From positions 1 to 64,000 of IMG/VR virus record IMGVR_UViG_3300034092_002634: DNA of 64,000 bases; one strand, given 5' to 3'. The notes under the pieces are model-generated. The model worked only from the letters and a program-made list of their open reading frames with translations. It ran no database searches and was not told the origin of the DNA. The position numbers and the translations under genes are program-made. Every line of letters starts with the position of its first letter. Position 1 is the stretch's first letter. The DNA comes from a virus. Shown piece by piece: positions 10,269 to 24,400 of the stretch.

Positions 10269-12011
10269 CTACCACGACAAATACTTTTCAGTAGTGCCTG
10301 TGTATGTTTCACCAATCACAAATAGTTCTTCGCGCGTTCGTATGTCTGAAACGTCTACGCAGGTTATATCCATGAATGCTCCCGAATTCTTTATAACTAT
10401 TTCAGTTACTTTGTGCTTTCCGGTAACCCCGTAATAAAGACTGTTCAGTGTAATTATATCGCCAATCTCTAACGCCGGGTTATATACCATGTCTATAATT
10501 CGGACAGCTGGTCTTGGCCGTTTGTGTAGATACTTGATTACGTCAATAAACCTCATTGCGTGTTCTTTAGACTGTATGTACGGGTTATCTCTTGCAGTCA
10601 CTTCCCTGAAACCACTTGGTACGATACCCGCGGTAATTAATCCAGTAAAGTCTAAAGGTATATCCCGTTTTATAGTCTGCGGTTCTCCGGCAATCACCGG
10701 TACACCAAATAGCGTAAGCTTAGACAAGTACAGGCTGCGCGCCTGGTCCACACTCTTAATAAGTAGCTTCATGTACTGGGCAGCTGTTTTCTTTACGTCA
10801 TGCTCGTAGTACCAGTAACTGGTGGCCGTGTTTCCTGTCCAATTGTACCTATGCCTTGGAAAATAAACTTCCGTAAGCGAGGGTACTCGCAGTTTTACAG
10901 TCGCAGTCTCACCGTTATAGTCGACAGCCTTTACAAAATCGCGACTCTCGATAAACTGATCAATACCGAAGTATCCGCCAGTTTGACCAAACGTAATACC
11001 AGAACCGAAATAGGTGTTGTTTGTAATCCGATCAACTGGCTGTGTAAACTCAGCCTCGTGCGTGTACTCCTCGTTGTACGGTAGATACACGCCCAGCGTT
11101 GAGTCAAGCACTGTCTTGTTTGCTCCTAGCATTCTCGGTGAGAATGTCACAGTCACTTTGCCATAGGTAGATGCCGAAACTTCTTCGACACTTAGTGATC
11201 GGAACATTGAATCCGTGACTGTGACATTTTTAGTAGCTGGTACAAATGAATGCGGGTTTATAAATTTCACTACCCCGTTACCAGCCTGAGTAATTTGACC
11301 GCCAGCACTGGAGACAAGCATTAAAAAATCGTCGTTAATGTTTTCTTGATTGAGCCAAGTAAAGCTGGGTGTAATGGGTGCGTGGTCGCAATCAAACCAG
11401 AATCTTGCTGTATCTCCTACTCGAGTGACTTCATCCCTTAGTTTGTAAGGCCTGCCGCCCATCAGCCAGAAAATAGTATTTACTGTGCCTGTAAAGGACC
11501 CGCTAAGTGTTGTCGGTTTCTGGTCGTTGTACATAAGTCGCCACAATCCGCTAGTAGTTGTACTCCATACCGGCGGATCGGGAATGTTAGTTGCCACTGG
11601 TTTATCTCGCCACACCGGTGTGGAATGTTTGTAGTAATCCATGTATCGTAAGTATCCAACACATCGGAAGGATACGGTGTTGAGATCTTCTGTGCGTCCA
11701 TCAATAAACCCTGCAAATGCGTCGTAAAAGTTAATACCGTCTATCGAAAACAGAACAGCTACGTTAGCCATGCGCCAGTCATACGTTCTCCCTGTAGCCA
11801 GGCTTTGATTGTTTTTGATCAGAGCTATAGTGGCTTCTGGAGGACTAGTTATGCCAAGTGTAATTCCTGCAACATAATCAATGCTGGTTGATTGAGAGGT
11901 GTCCACCGACTTCACTACCGAACTTGGAATAAGGTACTGAGAGCTCTTCACGGACAAAAGTGGAACAGTGATGGGTGCTATATATACTTTGTAAGCAAGA
12001 ACATAACTCAT
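10269..12011 (-). CDS. Baseplate hub / Tal-like tail protein
   Basis: Follows Dit; C-terminal 'NPYIQS...NPALEIGDIITL...KVTEI' hub signature. Confidence 0.7.
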   Translation of the reverse strand: MSYVLAYKVYIAPITVPLLSVKSSQYLIPSSVVKSVDTSQSTSIDYVAGITLGITSPPEATIALIKNNQSLATGRTYDWRMANVAVLFSIDGINFYDAFAGFIDGRTEDLNTVSFRCVGYLRYMDYYKHSTPVWRDKPVATNIPDPPVWSTTTSGLWRLMYNDQKPTTLSGSFTGTVNTIFWLMGGRPYKLRDEVTRVGDTARFWFDCDHAPITPSFTWLNQENINDDFLMLVSSAGGQITQAGNGVVKFINPHSFVPATKNVTVTDSMFRSLSVEEVSASTYGKVTVTFSPRMLGANKTVLDSTLGVYLPYNEEYTHEAEFTQPVDRITNNTYFGSGITFGQTGGYFGIDQFIESRDFVKAVDYNGETATVKLRVPSLTEVYFPRHRYNWTGNTATSYWYYEHDVKKTAAQYMKLLIKSVDQARSLYLSKLTLFGVPVIAGEPQTIKRDIPLDFTGLITAGIVPSGFREVTARDNPYIQSKEHAMRFIDVIKYLHKRPRPAVRIIDMVYNPALEIGDIITLNSLYYGVTGKHKVTEIVIKNSGAFMDITCVDVSDIRTREELFVIGETYTGTTEKYLSW

Positions 12012-12424
12012 ATCTCCACCAGCCTGAACGATACGTTGTAATAGGGTTTATTCGTCATTGTCACGCTTGTTGAAGCAAGCTCTGCCTGCCAACTGTTAGG
12101 CTCAAAAAATACCGGATATTCCTTCGATTCGAAGCAAAAAACAATGTTCGTCGATACGCTAGAAAACCCTTGATAGATACCGCGCAAATTCGCTACTGTT
12201 GCTAAGGGATAGCCTAAACTACCCGAGTACACAATCATGTTAAAAGTAACATTCCACATGCGTTTGTACGCTCTATGCAGATACGAACTCGTTCCATCAA
12301 TAGCCTGAAGCACCTCAGACACATTGTTCATTGTGGTACTTATTGAAGATGCTTTTAAATCTTGATAAAATCCATAACCATGTAAACTACCGCTTAGGTA
12401 GATAGGTTGTATTGTATATGTCAT
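12008..12424 (-). CDS. Distal tail protein (Dit-like)
   Basis: 138 aa directly downstream of the tape measure gene; 'AIDGT...YKRMWNVTF...VSFRLVEI'. Confidence 0.6.
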   Translation of the reverse strand: MTYTIQPIYLSGSLHGYGFYQDLKASSISTTMNNVSEVLQAIDGTSSYLHRAYKRMWNVTFNMIVYSGSLGYPLATVANLRGIYQGFSSVSTNIVFCFESKEYPVFFEPNSWQAELASTSVTMTNKPYYNVSFRLVEI

Positions 12425-12438
12425 ATTTTATTTATCCT

Positions 12439-12470
12439 TGCAGAGCAGGGGTTTAAACCCCTGCTCTGCA
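12439..12470. repeat. Perfect 32-bp palindrome between the tape measure and Dit genes
   Basis: tgcagagcaggggttt|aaacccctgctctgca; no U-tract; extended -10 (TGGTATAAT, minus strand 12478-12470) immediately upstream. Confidence 0.9.
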
Positions 12471-12482
12471 TTATACCATATT

Positions 12483-15400
12483 TTAACTAGATGTTGTCGG
12501 TGGTCCTGGTTGCGTCCAACCGCCTGGAGGTGGAGGAGTTGGAACAACTGGTGGTTTTTTCTCAAGTGCATAAGTAGGTTTAACTCTCAATGCCCAACCG
12601 TCTTCTGTGTTCACACCGAACTTGCCTAAGTCACCTTGAGGTACATCACGAGCTGCTACGTCAGCCATGTCTTGATAGTTTGCGCTGTATTTGTCGGCGT
12701 ATTCTTTACCCTGACCTTCACCGTACACGACCTCACCGAGCTTAAGCATGCCTTGATACGCTAGTGCATTTGCTTCGTCGGTCCTGCCAGATAACCACAG
12801 TAAGTCTGCTTGTCTTTGAGTATTCATAAACGCAGATGTTGCTGCCATTATCGGGACCATTTCTTCCGGAACAATTGATGCGATTTCAACTGCAGCGTCA
12901 GCAAACGCTTGAATCATGTCCAGTCTTTGATTATTGAAGTTTCTTAGAGCGTCTTCCATTTGTTGTTGAAACGAGGTTTCAAAATCATCAAGGCTGTAGA
13001 GAACTCCCTGAGTTGCGCTACCTGCAACATCCGCTATTTGTTTAAACGACTCAGTAGTGTTTGCTTCGAAAAGACTGCCTGTTCCTAATAATCCCGATAG
13101 ACTGTTCATAGTCTCAGCTAATCCAATATCAGATTGAGCAAACCCACGAGACATTGTTTGACTTGAACGACTAGCGTTAAGAAAAGCTAAAGGATCTTTT
13201 GACTTTGCTGCATCGGCTAGACTTGCAGCGTCATTTGCAATATCTAAAGGTCTAAACTGATTTTGAAACTGTTGATCGCTAATTTGTTGGCCCAATTGTT
13301 TTGCAGTTATTTTGTCTCCAAGAGTTTGTTGGAGCCATGTCTGGTTCGCATTTTGACCTGCTATTGTTTTTGATGCATCTGGGCTTAATCGCACAATTGC
13401 TGAGTCAATTGCGGCCAATTGCGTTGGGTCGGTCACAGTGCTTCGCATGTTGCGTAGTTTTTCTAAAATTGGCTCTATTTCACTTCTTTTTGCGTCCTGT
13501 AAAGCTTGCCTGTTTGGGTCTGTAATAGACGATGCTTCGTATGCGGCGTCTGCTGTTCGTAACGCATCAAAGTTTGCAGATAGCGAAGGATCAATTGCAA
13601 CAAGGGCGTCCATCGTCGCAGTATCTTTTGCAAGGAAATTTTTTGAATCACCCTGTCCTAGATGTTGAGAATACATGTCTTGCGCCCAATACTGTGATTC
13701 AACTGCTGCTTTGTCTGCTGGGTCAATGGCAGCCATGGCGATGCTTCTTGTAGCGTTTGCTCGTGTTACACCTTTAACAAGGTCGGCTTGCATGGTCATT
13801 TGTTGCATGGTTCGTGTGTAATTTAAATGAATGCTTTCTAATTGACGCATGCCGTTTCTTGCTATGTCTTCAAGATTACGTTGGTGATTCTTATTCAGAT
13901 CACGTTCTTGAATTGCATTACTCATTCCTCTTCTTTGAAGTTCGGCATTTGCATTTGTGGCATTTGATACAAACTGCTGCCACTGCGAAGGAGCAATGCC
14001 AAGCGCGTTTTCTCGAACGCCTTGCGCGTTTACTGCCATCATGTCTCTTGAGTATGCTATTGTTCCTCGAGGTCCTGATGTGTACGGCATAACCATCGGT
14101 CCGCTACCTGAGTAAGGCTGTCCGTTAAGACCGTTCAAACTCGATATTGGATTACCGTTTTCGTCGTTTCCTCTAGGACGCAGTTGCATTCCAATCATGC
14201 TGTCATAACTAAACCCTGTCATTTGCTGTGCTAAGTCCAGGCCATACCGTGGGTTCCCTTCGGACATTATATTCATAGTATCCATAAAAGAACGTCCAAG
14301 ATCTTGTGCAGTGGATCCTGCCAAGTTCATGTACATAGCAAAGTTAGTGAAGCCCGACTTTAGTAATTGAGCTTCGGGTGCATTAGCTAAGGCTATAGCG
14401 CGATTTGTACGTCCAATATCCTGCTGCTCTCTAACTGCTGCTCGTTGAGCCTCAGTTACCATCTGCACTGTGTCTTCTGCACCTGCGCGATTACGGGGCA
14501 TCAACCCGGAACGTTGTGCCATACGCACAGCTCTCGCTTCCGGAGTATTATCCATTACCAGGCCGGCGCTACCAGAACTTCCGTTAGCGTTAACTCCTGT
14601 TAAATTAGCTGTAGTTTGTTCCCCTAATCCCATAATTGATTGCCTTGCAAAGGCAGTTAGAGTAGTATCCACACGTTGTTGCCGTCTTTGAAAATTGCGA
14701 TCCATTGTGCCGTCAAAAAAGTTTTTTGCTTCTTGTTTGTAGTCAGTTGGATTAAGCCCCTGTTGGTAAGTTTGATCAGCTGCTAATCTTATCTCCTCTG
14801 CAGTCATATTATTAACTTCTTCAGCAGACATTATTAAATAACGCATAGCTTCAGGTACTTTATTCCACTCAACATCTGTGTATGTAATTTCTTCTATTTT
14901 AGCAGCAGCCTTATTAATTTGAGTTTGATATTTTTGACCTTCAGCTAAAGCTCCTGCTTCAAACGCGTCGTCTCTCTTTTTAGTTAAGTCTACGATGTCT
15001 GCTCGAAGTGGAGAAGCCTTGGCTTCAGCTAACGCTCGTTTGTCTAACCTGGTTCCATATTTAATGCCACGCTCAACTAATTTCTCATTTTCAATAAGTG
15101 CCCCAGTCTGCCCTATAGGCTTTAGTATTTCCTCACGCATTGAATCAAATTTTCTGTATGTGGTCGGATCTACGTCGGCTGTTTTTTTAAACGCAATAGT
15201 TTGAGCTTCGTAATCAACATACGACATCATGCTTTTCGATATTGGGTCGTATACCTGACGCTCTAGTATTCTCTTAGTTGCATCACCAGCTGTAGCAAAT
15301 CGCTCTTGCCCACTTTTCGCAGCTTCTTCGTAATTTGCCAAATAAACTGGTCCTAACGAAGCGATGCTCTCTTCCATAATTAGAGCAGTTGATTTTTTCG

Positions 15401-18400
15401 GGGTCCCAGTACCTGGAAGAACTGTAGCACCCGCTCCAAACCCAGGGGCAAGTACAATTTCCTTACTTGGCTTATCAGATCGATATTTAGAACCTCCGAC
15501 ATACTGACCGATCTGCTCAGCTTCTAAGTTTGCCTCAGCTGCAAAGCTAGTAAATACGTTCATTTTTGCATTTTGTTGATTTAGCTCACTTTGCATTCTA
15601 TACAATTCTCTCATTTTTTCAGGAGAACTATCTAACCGATCTGACACATAAGCCCCGCCTGCATATAAACCTACGGCCGCCACGGCAGGAAGTGCTACTG
15701 CAGCGGCTATCTCAGCGGCCATCAACCCACCAAGGCCCGCTAATCCAGCTGTACCAAGTGTGGCGTTGGTAGCAAGCGCTGCTCCGCCTAAACCGGCTGC
15801 CGATCCTGCGACTGCAGATCCGCCCAAGCCTAATCCATATTTATTCCAAAAATAGGAACTGCGTACTTCTTCCGAAATTTCGGGAGTTCCTCCAAGGTTT
15901 AAATCTCTAGCTACTCTGTTTTGTGGGCCTACTCCATTATCAGCAACTACCTTCTCTATGTATCCAAGACTATCTATAGTCTGTTTATCAAGTCCTTGCA
16001 TAAAAGCGGAAGATGCGTTTCCGGTCGCTATCATCTCGAGCGAGTAGTTTTTACCCTCGCTATTTAGCAGCTGAGCAACTACTCTATTGTTCTCGTCAAT
16101 GTTTTTTAAAGTCCCTACCAGTGTAATTTCCGGTCCTTCTCCGGATTTATATTCCCCACCAATCATGGCTCGGTCCATTCCTACTATATCAGCACCGCCA
16201 ACACGAGCTGCAAACTCATCTTGAGTTCCTTTTTCCTGTGCGTCTATAACACCCGTTCTCACCCTGACCAAATCTTCACGTCCTGGTATTTCTATATCAT
16301 ACGTATCAGCGTCAACTTGCTTTCTTATTCTCCCCTTAGTCATAAGAGGTTTGTCTTTTACAGGCTCGTCATTAAAGTTAATATAGCCCAAGCCCAGAAC
16401 GCTGAGATCTGTTGCACCTTGATCCGCTACAAGCAAACCAGCTTCGGCTTTTTTGTAAGCCTCTGCATACGCCGCGGGGTCAGCATTCACTTGCCTAGTT
16501 TTTAAAGACTCGCGCTGATTTAAAAATTCAGGACTTGAGTTGTAGTCACCAGGATTATTTCGCATAGCTCGCATAATTGCCTGAGTTGCATTCATTCCCT
16601 GTGCTTGACCAAGCAGTGCCTCAAACTGAATGTTTGCTCGTTCCTGGGGCTTCATATTACCGAGAAGTCGATAACCGGGAACTGACACAGACGCGCCGGT
16701 AGCGCTATTATATCTTCCCGCCTGGCCGGCCATTCTTCCGTTCGCTGTTGCTAAAATTGTATCCATTTGAGAAGTAAATGTGCTTAAGCTGCCACCTATG
16801 TTAACGCTATCTAACCCAGTTTCTGGATCACTTAGTACGTCGTCTCCATACGAAGTAATAGTTTCTTTAAGTACGGTATTAAGTGAACGCTCTTTTACGT
16901 TCTTACCAAAGTACGACTGCTCTCCAATTAAAGATTCAAGCGCCGGAGTGATAAAGTCGACTATCGCCGTAGTTGAGCTAATTTGCACACTTTCCAGATT
17001 ACCGATCATCTTGTCGTATTTAGTCGCCATAGAGTTTGCTTGCTCATCAATAAGTCTATCAGTAACGCCCATACTTGAAAGAAGCTGATCAAGACTATCA
17101 AGCATTTGTGTTGCATCGCCGGTATTAATTTTAGAAAGCGCGGATCGATTAATTTCAAATCGACGTGAGAGAGACGAAACGTTACCAGATAGAAATTCTT
17201 TGATTGCTATGCCAGCACCTTCCATACCTTGAGCTGGGTCAAACGCGGCTAATTTTCTAGCTACTTTTACAGACTTTCCAATATCTACACCGTACGCGTT
17301 TGACAAAGGAATAAAGCTAGTAACTTGACCTAGATTTGAAGTTAATGAGCCGCCGAATTGCTTTCTCTGCATATCAGCCGCATTTAATGCGGCTGTATAA
17401 TTCTCTGGATCAAGTGCTAACCCTCTTGCAGTCGTCATTACCCTGTTAGATCCTGTAGCACTACTCGCAAACTGCTGAATCATTCCTCCGGCCATTTGCG
17501 GTATGTTTGCTAGACTAGTAACAGTATCAACTGCCGCTTGAACTACACTCTGCGTGTCTCTAATTTTTGACGCGGCATAGAATAACTTATCGCCCATCGG
17601 TGCAGATCTTTTTGTCTGTTCGACTCTGCCGGACATTCGTGCTATACCTGTCATATCTTCGGCAGTAATATTAATACCTTGTTTTTGTAATCGTTCAACT
17701 GTGTCTCGCTGCTCTTGTACAGTTGCTTGCGCCATGTCAACACGTTTTCCTGTTGCTGTATATGCTCTTATTCTTCCTCGGTGCATAAGGGCGTCTAGTC
17801 CTTCCTTACCGAAAGTGTCTCTTATGTATCCCTCTTGTATCTGCCTCATTTCTCTTTCACGTCTGCCGCCGGCAAAAAATCCAGGTCTACTTGCTGCTGC
17901 TTGCATTTGTTCTTCGACAAGCGAAACTTTCTTTCGATTGTCCGTTTCAATTACACCTGCAGTTCCCCGCTGTTCTTTTCCAGCCGCACTTGTTTCGTCA
18001 ATAGCAGTTTGAACAACCGCCAAAGCTGCTGCTGCTTGAGGAGAGGTAGCTGCTATAGGAGTAAGCGCCGCTTTCAGCTTCTCTAATCCAGAAACTACAG
18101 TAAATAAGTCGTCAGCGACGTCTGTAATTGTACCGCCAACTTTTCCACTAAAATCTGTTAAACTTTTAGCTGCATCATCATAAGCTGACTGTACTTCGGG
18201 ACTTGTTGCTGCAATCGCTGCAATATCGGCGGCCATTCCCGGAGCTTGTATTCCCGAACTGTTAATCATTGTCGTTGCAGTACTGCGCGTAAGGTCTGTT
18301 AAAAATTTACGAGAATCGGCCGTTGTTCCGCCCGCAATACCCATAGACCCCGCTGATTGATCGAATGAGTTTCGCGCTAACTGTAGAAATACCTGCTCGT

Positions 18401-21400
18401 CTTCTTTCGCTTTTCTTGAGTAGTATTTACTTGCTGATGTTCCCGTACCAGTTCCGGATGTAGTACCGTACGGACTGTTTACATTGCGTGTACCACTTGC
18501 CGATCCAACGCGTTGTTCTATAGCGTTTAATTCGGTCAGTGCATTAATGAGCTCCTCAACCGCGGCTATTTCTGCTTTTAATCTTTCAATCTCTGTATCT
18601 CTTCCGCTTGTACCTTCAGGCAGTGCCTCTTGTGTAGCCAATTCGGTTGAGAGATTATTGAGATTATACTGGGCCATTTCATTGTAAGAGACTAGTGCTT
18701 CTTCAGGACCCATTGGCAAAGCCGAAAGCGCCGCAAGCTGCGTCGGATTTAATACCTTCGCCGCTTTAGGTTTAATAACTTCGTTAATAGCCCGCTCGCT
18801 TGCATTTACAAGACTCTGACGCAGCGCGTCACGTGCTGCTGAATCGGTCTCATCTCTCAGTCTTGCGGATACCTCATTTTTTGTAGATTCCAGAACATTA
18901 AAAGAAGCCTGGTCCGCAAACGAAACTTTTCTATATTTGTTAGCTCCTGCACGCGGATCTGCAGTTGGTTTTGGTCCGTAAGGACTTTCAGCATTACGTG
19001 TTGCACCAGCTGCACCAACTCGTTGCTCAGCCTGATTAAGCTCGGTCAAAGCGTCTATAAGCTCGTGGACTTGCTGTATTTCTCTTTTAGTTCTCTCGAT
19101 TGCTTCTTCACGACCCGGAGCATCTTCTCGCTCGCTCTCGATCATAAACAATCTACCGTTTAATTCGCTAAGTTTGCTCTGCGCCGCCTGACTATAGTTA
19201 ACTAATGAGTCTTCTGGAGATGTTGATAAGGCGTCGACAGTATTTACAAAACCATAGCCAAGTAGCTTTGTTGCTTTCGGTTTAATAATATCTGCAATTG
19301 CTTTTTTGCTCGCACCGGTTAGTGTTTCTTTTAATCTTGCCCTGGCTTCTGGATCTTGCTCAGTTCTCAGCTGCTCGCTTATTGAATTTTTTGTAGCGTC
19401 GAGTACGGCTAATGAAGCACGATCTTCTGGAGACAACTTTCGATAACCGCTATTATTCGTAGGATATGCTGGTTTTTTTACTTCAGTAGGATCAACAATT
19501 GCTCTAGTTGAAGTTGCACTACCTACACGCTGCTCTGCTTGATTAAGTTCTGTAAGCGCATTGATAAGTTCCTCAACTAACGATATTTGCTTTTGTATTC
19601 GCTGAATTTCTTCATCTCTTCCGTCAGTTCCTTCTGGAATTGCCTGTTGAGCTTCAAGTTGTGTAGTGAGGTCTTGATGTGCCTGTGCCACCGCGTCATT
19701 GTAATATGTCAACGATTCTTTAGAATCTGTTGTTTCATCCCCGTAGTAAAAACGTTCGTTGACGTAAGGTTCCATACCTTCGCTATCAATTGCTTTTACC
19801 TTAGGCTCAATAATGGCGCGAATTGCTTGCCTGCTGACCTCATTGAGGTTACCGCGCAACCGTTCTCGTGTTGCTGGGTCAGTTTCTGTTTGAAGTTGCC
19901 CAGCTATCTGGTTTTTTGCTGCGTCAAGTTGATTTAATATAGATCTGTCAGCAACTGACACCCGTCGATAGCCACCGCCACCACCGCCCGTACCTACACT
20001 AGTGACATCGCCGTTTACGTTCATACCATCTTTATTTGATATGTACACTAACGATTTTTGCATTTTCTCTGCAGCGCCTGCACTGAAGTTGGCATCTATA
20101 GTAACGTTACCACCATGAATGTTTATCTCTACCGCACCGGCATGCAACGTGTCGATAGTAGCCGAAGCTATTGTAGTAATACCGCCGCCAGGACCACCAC
20201 GCTCGCCAGAGTCCGCGTCGTCTGAGAAAGTAACTGGTGGTTCTCTTGGGGGTTCTTTTGAGCCGCCGTCCGAAGTACTTGCAGTTACCGATGGTGCAGA
20301 TCCGGGAGTTTTCACTTTTGTCGGTCTTTCAGTTGCTAATGATATATCTTCAATTGCATCGCCCACTGTTTCTTTACTTATGGCAGGACCAACTGTAACA
20401 GGCGACAAATCTGCAGTTGCAACTACATCCTCAATTGTTTTACCTTTAATGTCAGCAACACGTGCATCTTTTGCGCGAAAGTCACGAAACGACATACCTC
20501 CGCCTACTTTTTCTTCCAGCAGTCTTTTCATTCCGCCAAAATCTCCACCTACTGCGGCATCTGCATTGGGTTCTAAGTATTCTGTATTTATTTTTTTAAC
20601 AAACTCTCCTAATTCCTCAGGGTTAAGTTCTTCTATTTTTTTCCCTTTGAGATCTCCTGCAAACATACTGTTCATTCGATCGAATAAACTAGATTTCTCA
20701 GATGCACTCATATCGTACCAGTCTTGTTCAGCAGCGACTGTTCTATCGGCGTCCCTCAATATTGTTTTATCGCCGCGTCTTGCGATACGACGTGTAAATT
20801 CCTGCATGTCTGCCAATGGTCGGTAGAAAGAATGCGCGGCCGCCACTCGACTAGTCGCTTTCTTTCGTTCTTCCGCATCCGCAATGTCTTCTAACTTAGG
20901 CGTAGCAACAAGCTGACCAACAGTAGAATCCACTGCAATTCCGTGTTTTGCTAAGTATGCTTCTGTTACTTTTGCACGTTCCTCTGGATCTGAAACTTGC
21001 GGAAATATTCTTTGCACTGCTCGCGTGTCGACTGCAGCATCGTGAGCGTCAACTAACGGATCTCCAGTAACTGCTTCGTATGTTGCACCCAACGTATGTG
21101 ATCCGGGATACATATCACGGCTCATCAACAAAGTGTCTTCTGTCTTTGCCTTTACTGCATCCGGAACGGCCATGGTACCGCCGTACACTGTTGGTAAGTC
21201 AAATTTTTGAATATTATGCCCTGCTACAGTAGTAGCACCTTCTATCTGCAGTTGTAAATTTTTACGTATTTGACCTTGAGACATTATCTGACGACCTGAC
21301 ATTGCGGTATCAACTAACTTGTCGATGACTCCAGAACTAACGTCATTACCGCTTGCTCTACCCTCAACTAACGGAAGTTTGCCCTCTCGTTTAAGAGCTA

Positions 21401-24400
21401 ACGCTCTAATTAGTTTTCTCTTCTCGTCATCGGGAATTGTGGGATCCGCTGCTATTCTGTTTATTTCTTCAGCACTCGAATCTAACGGAACTGCGTACAT
21501 ATCGGTAACCGCCCCGTCGTTAACACCCGTAGCCGCTTGAAAGATTAGTCGATCTTCCGGTTTTTTTGCAATATTTGTTTCTAAGTCAAAAAACAATCGC
21601 TTTGCCTCAGCAGCTGTCGAGGTCGTTGGTTCGTCCGGTTCAGGAACAACTATACGTTCCCTTGCTCCTTTAATTGCCCCTAACAATCCCTTTGCTTCAT
21701 CATATTCTGTTGTACCCGATCTAAATTTAAGAACAGATTCGATATCTTGGTCAGCCAGCATCGCCATAATAGGCTGCAAGGCCGGATCTCTAGAAAGTAT
21801 GTCCATTTGCACTGGATTTGTTAAATCCGCATCTTTTAGTTTTGCCAATTGTATTGGTTTTAAACTAGCCATTGCTTGTGATATTGCCGAAACACGGGCA
21901 CTCTGCACGTCATCTTTTGCCCAATCGGGAGGAGTTAAACCGGCAACTACGTTTGCAATTTGCATCACGCCTTTGTTGTCCCCGAAATTAGTCGTCAACC
22001 GCTTCATTGCATAATTGTGTAATTTTTTTCTTGCTTCGCTTAATTGTCTTTTTTGTTCGGCTGTGAGGTCGGTTCTGCCAGCTAAAGCCCTTACCTGTGC
22101 TCGAGCATACTTTAACTGATTCTCAGTGTAAGGTTGTTCAACGTCTGCAACTACATCAGCCGGGGCTCTTCTAGGTCTTCTCGGTGCTCTATCAGTAGAG
22201 CCTTTAATTTCAGGTATTCCCCCTTCAAAGCTTGAAATAGTTTTGTCCAATGCTACCGCTGTTTCTGCAGATCCAGCTGGAGCGCTATCTACTTCGGCTC
22301 TTGCGGAAGATGCTAAGAGCTCGTCCATTACCTCGCGCGCACTAAACGCAGGCTCTACTCCAAATTCTGTTTCATACGCTCTGACTGCTGCACGAGACGA
22401 TCTGAATAAACGAGCGGCGAGTTGTAGAGGAGAAGCTGAAGATTCGGCTGCCGCAACTGCGGGAGCTGTCAAAGCAGCACGAGATGCGTCATGCTGAATT
22501 ACTAAATTTTCTTGTTTTTGAATTTCATCGACAATTGTTTTAAGTTCCGGATGAGTTTTCAAAAGTTCGTCTTTGCGATCTCCACTTGGAGTCCTATAGT
22601 ATTCTTTTATTGCCGCAGATATCGGTCCCTCTGTGTTATACAACCTGCTGGCATAGTTCTGTGCTTCTCTTGATTTTCTTTTCAATTCATCATCGATTGC
22701 TTGATCTTCTGGCGATAATGTAGCTCGAGGCATTTTGACAGCAGCGAGATCGGCATCGGACATTTTACTGATTTCGTCCATTAACTCGGCGGTTGGCTTG
22801 ACTGCTTCTGCTTGATCTACGATATCTCTAACATTCAAATTAGAAACAAATCCTGATTCACCAGTGTCATCAACAGTCATTTTTGTCCGCACTAGCGGAC
22901 GCAAAGAAGTTCGGTCAATTACCTGCTTATCTTCGTAACTTACCGGAATGCCTGTATTGTCAACAACAAAACGAATGTCGCTATCTTCCGTGTCTAAACC
23001 CTGGGCCTGTCTTTGCATTAACTCTATAACCTGTTGTGATTGTGCTACAGCTTGTTCGGCTTCTGCTATTTTTGCATCTACGTCTGCTTTTCTTTTTTGA
23101 ATTTCTTCAGTAGGTACTTTGATGTCGGCGCTAACTTTTACGGTTTCATCTGCGACTCTTTTTGATTCTTCAGTAACTGCTGTAACATCCACACTTGGTG
23201 TTGAAGCTGCGGCTGCTTCTTGTTTGAGCGCTTCTGATCTTGCTTTTAAAGCTTCTAATTGCTGTTTTTGTTGTTCTAGTTGACTTTGAAGTTCTTGTGC
23301 TCTACGCTCAGTCTCGCTGTATTTTGCTTCTTCTCTAAGTGTTGGTTCTACCTGCAACGATAAAGATTCGCTACCTAGGTGTTTTGCAGTGTTGGGAATA
23401 ACTGGGTCAAGAACAAGTGCAGTAGCCGCAGCATTAAACAAGTTTAAATGAACCGGTGTGTTAGGATTGTGCTCGGCTCTGTATCTTATTGCGTCGTAAC
23501 CCATGGCTACGGCTAACTCATCCGGTTTCGGTGCAGCAACAAACTCTTCGTGAAGGGCTTGAAGACGAGTCTGTACCTCTTCAGGAACATCTGTTCTTCT
23601 ACTTACTGGGTAGCTTTTGACGCCGAGGTTAATGTTACTGCTTCCGCCACCATATGGTAACATTAGCATGTCAGCTTCATTTAATATGTCAGATTGCAAT
23701 CTTGCAGTGGGATCTACTTTTTCTCTGTACAACTCCTCCATAACATCTTCTACACCGCCACGCATAGCCGAAGCTGTGTCTTTGGGCAAGGGAGTCAATC
23801 CTAGGGCTATTCGCCGTTCGTCAACACGTTGCTGAGCTTTTTGAATCATTTCTGAATCAGCATCTAAAAGAGAGGCCGTTGACAGTAAAGCGGATACATT
23901 CACACTAGATCTTATTTCCCCTTCTACGCTTTTCGATCTGTATCCGTGCGCGACTTCTCTACTTGTATCTGGTGATTGTTCCTCATCAGTTTCACTGCCT
24001 GTTCTGGTTGACGTGTGATAAAGACCCTCGCCATAGCGGCTTCCGCCACCCATAGCCATCGGAAACTCTGACGGAAACACAGCCAGTGGGTCTCCTTCCC
24101 TTTCAACGGCTTCGTAGGCTAGCGGAGTTTCGCCTTGTTTCGCTGCCACTTGATCTTCGTCTTCCCCACGATAAATGAGTATAGGCTGACCGTCTTTATC
24201 GAGCAGTAGTTGATCTTTGTTTGCTAGTAGCCCCGCCAAAGTAGGTACTGTAATAGCAGGACCAGTCATCCCTTGTGTTCTTCTAGCAGATTCAAATCCA
24301 ATCGTCTCTCGCAGAGTATTTTTGTTTCCGGCTAAACCCACATCAAGAATTTCTTCAGGAAGTTTATGTAATTCTTCATTTCTGCCTACCCTCAACTCGT

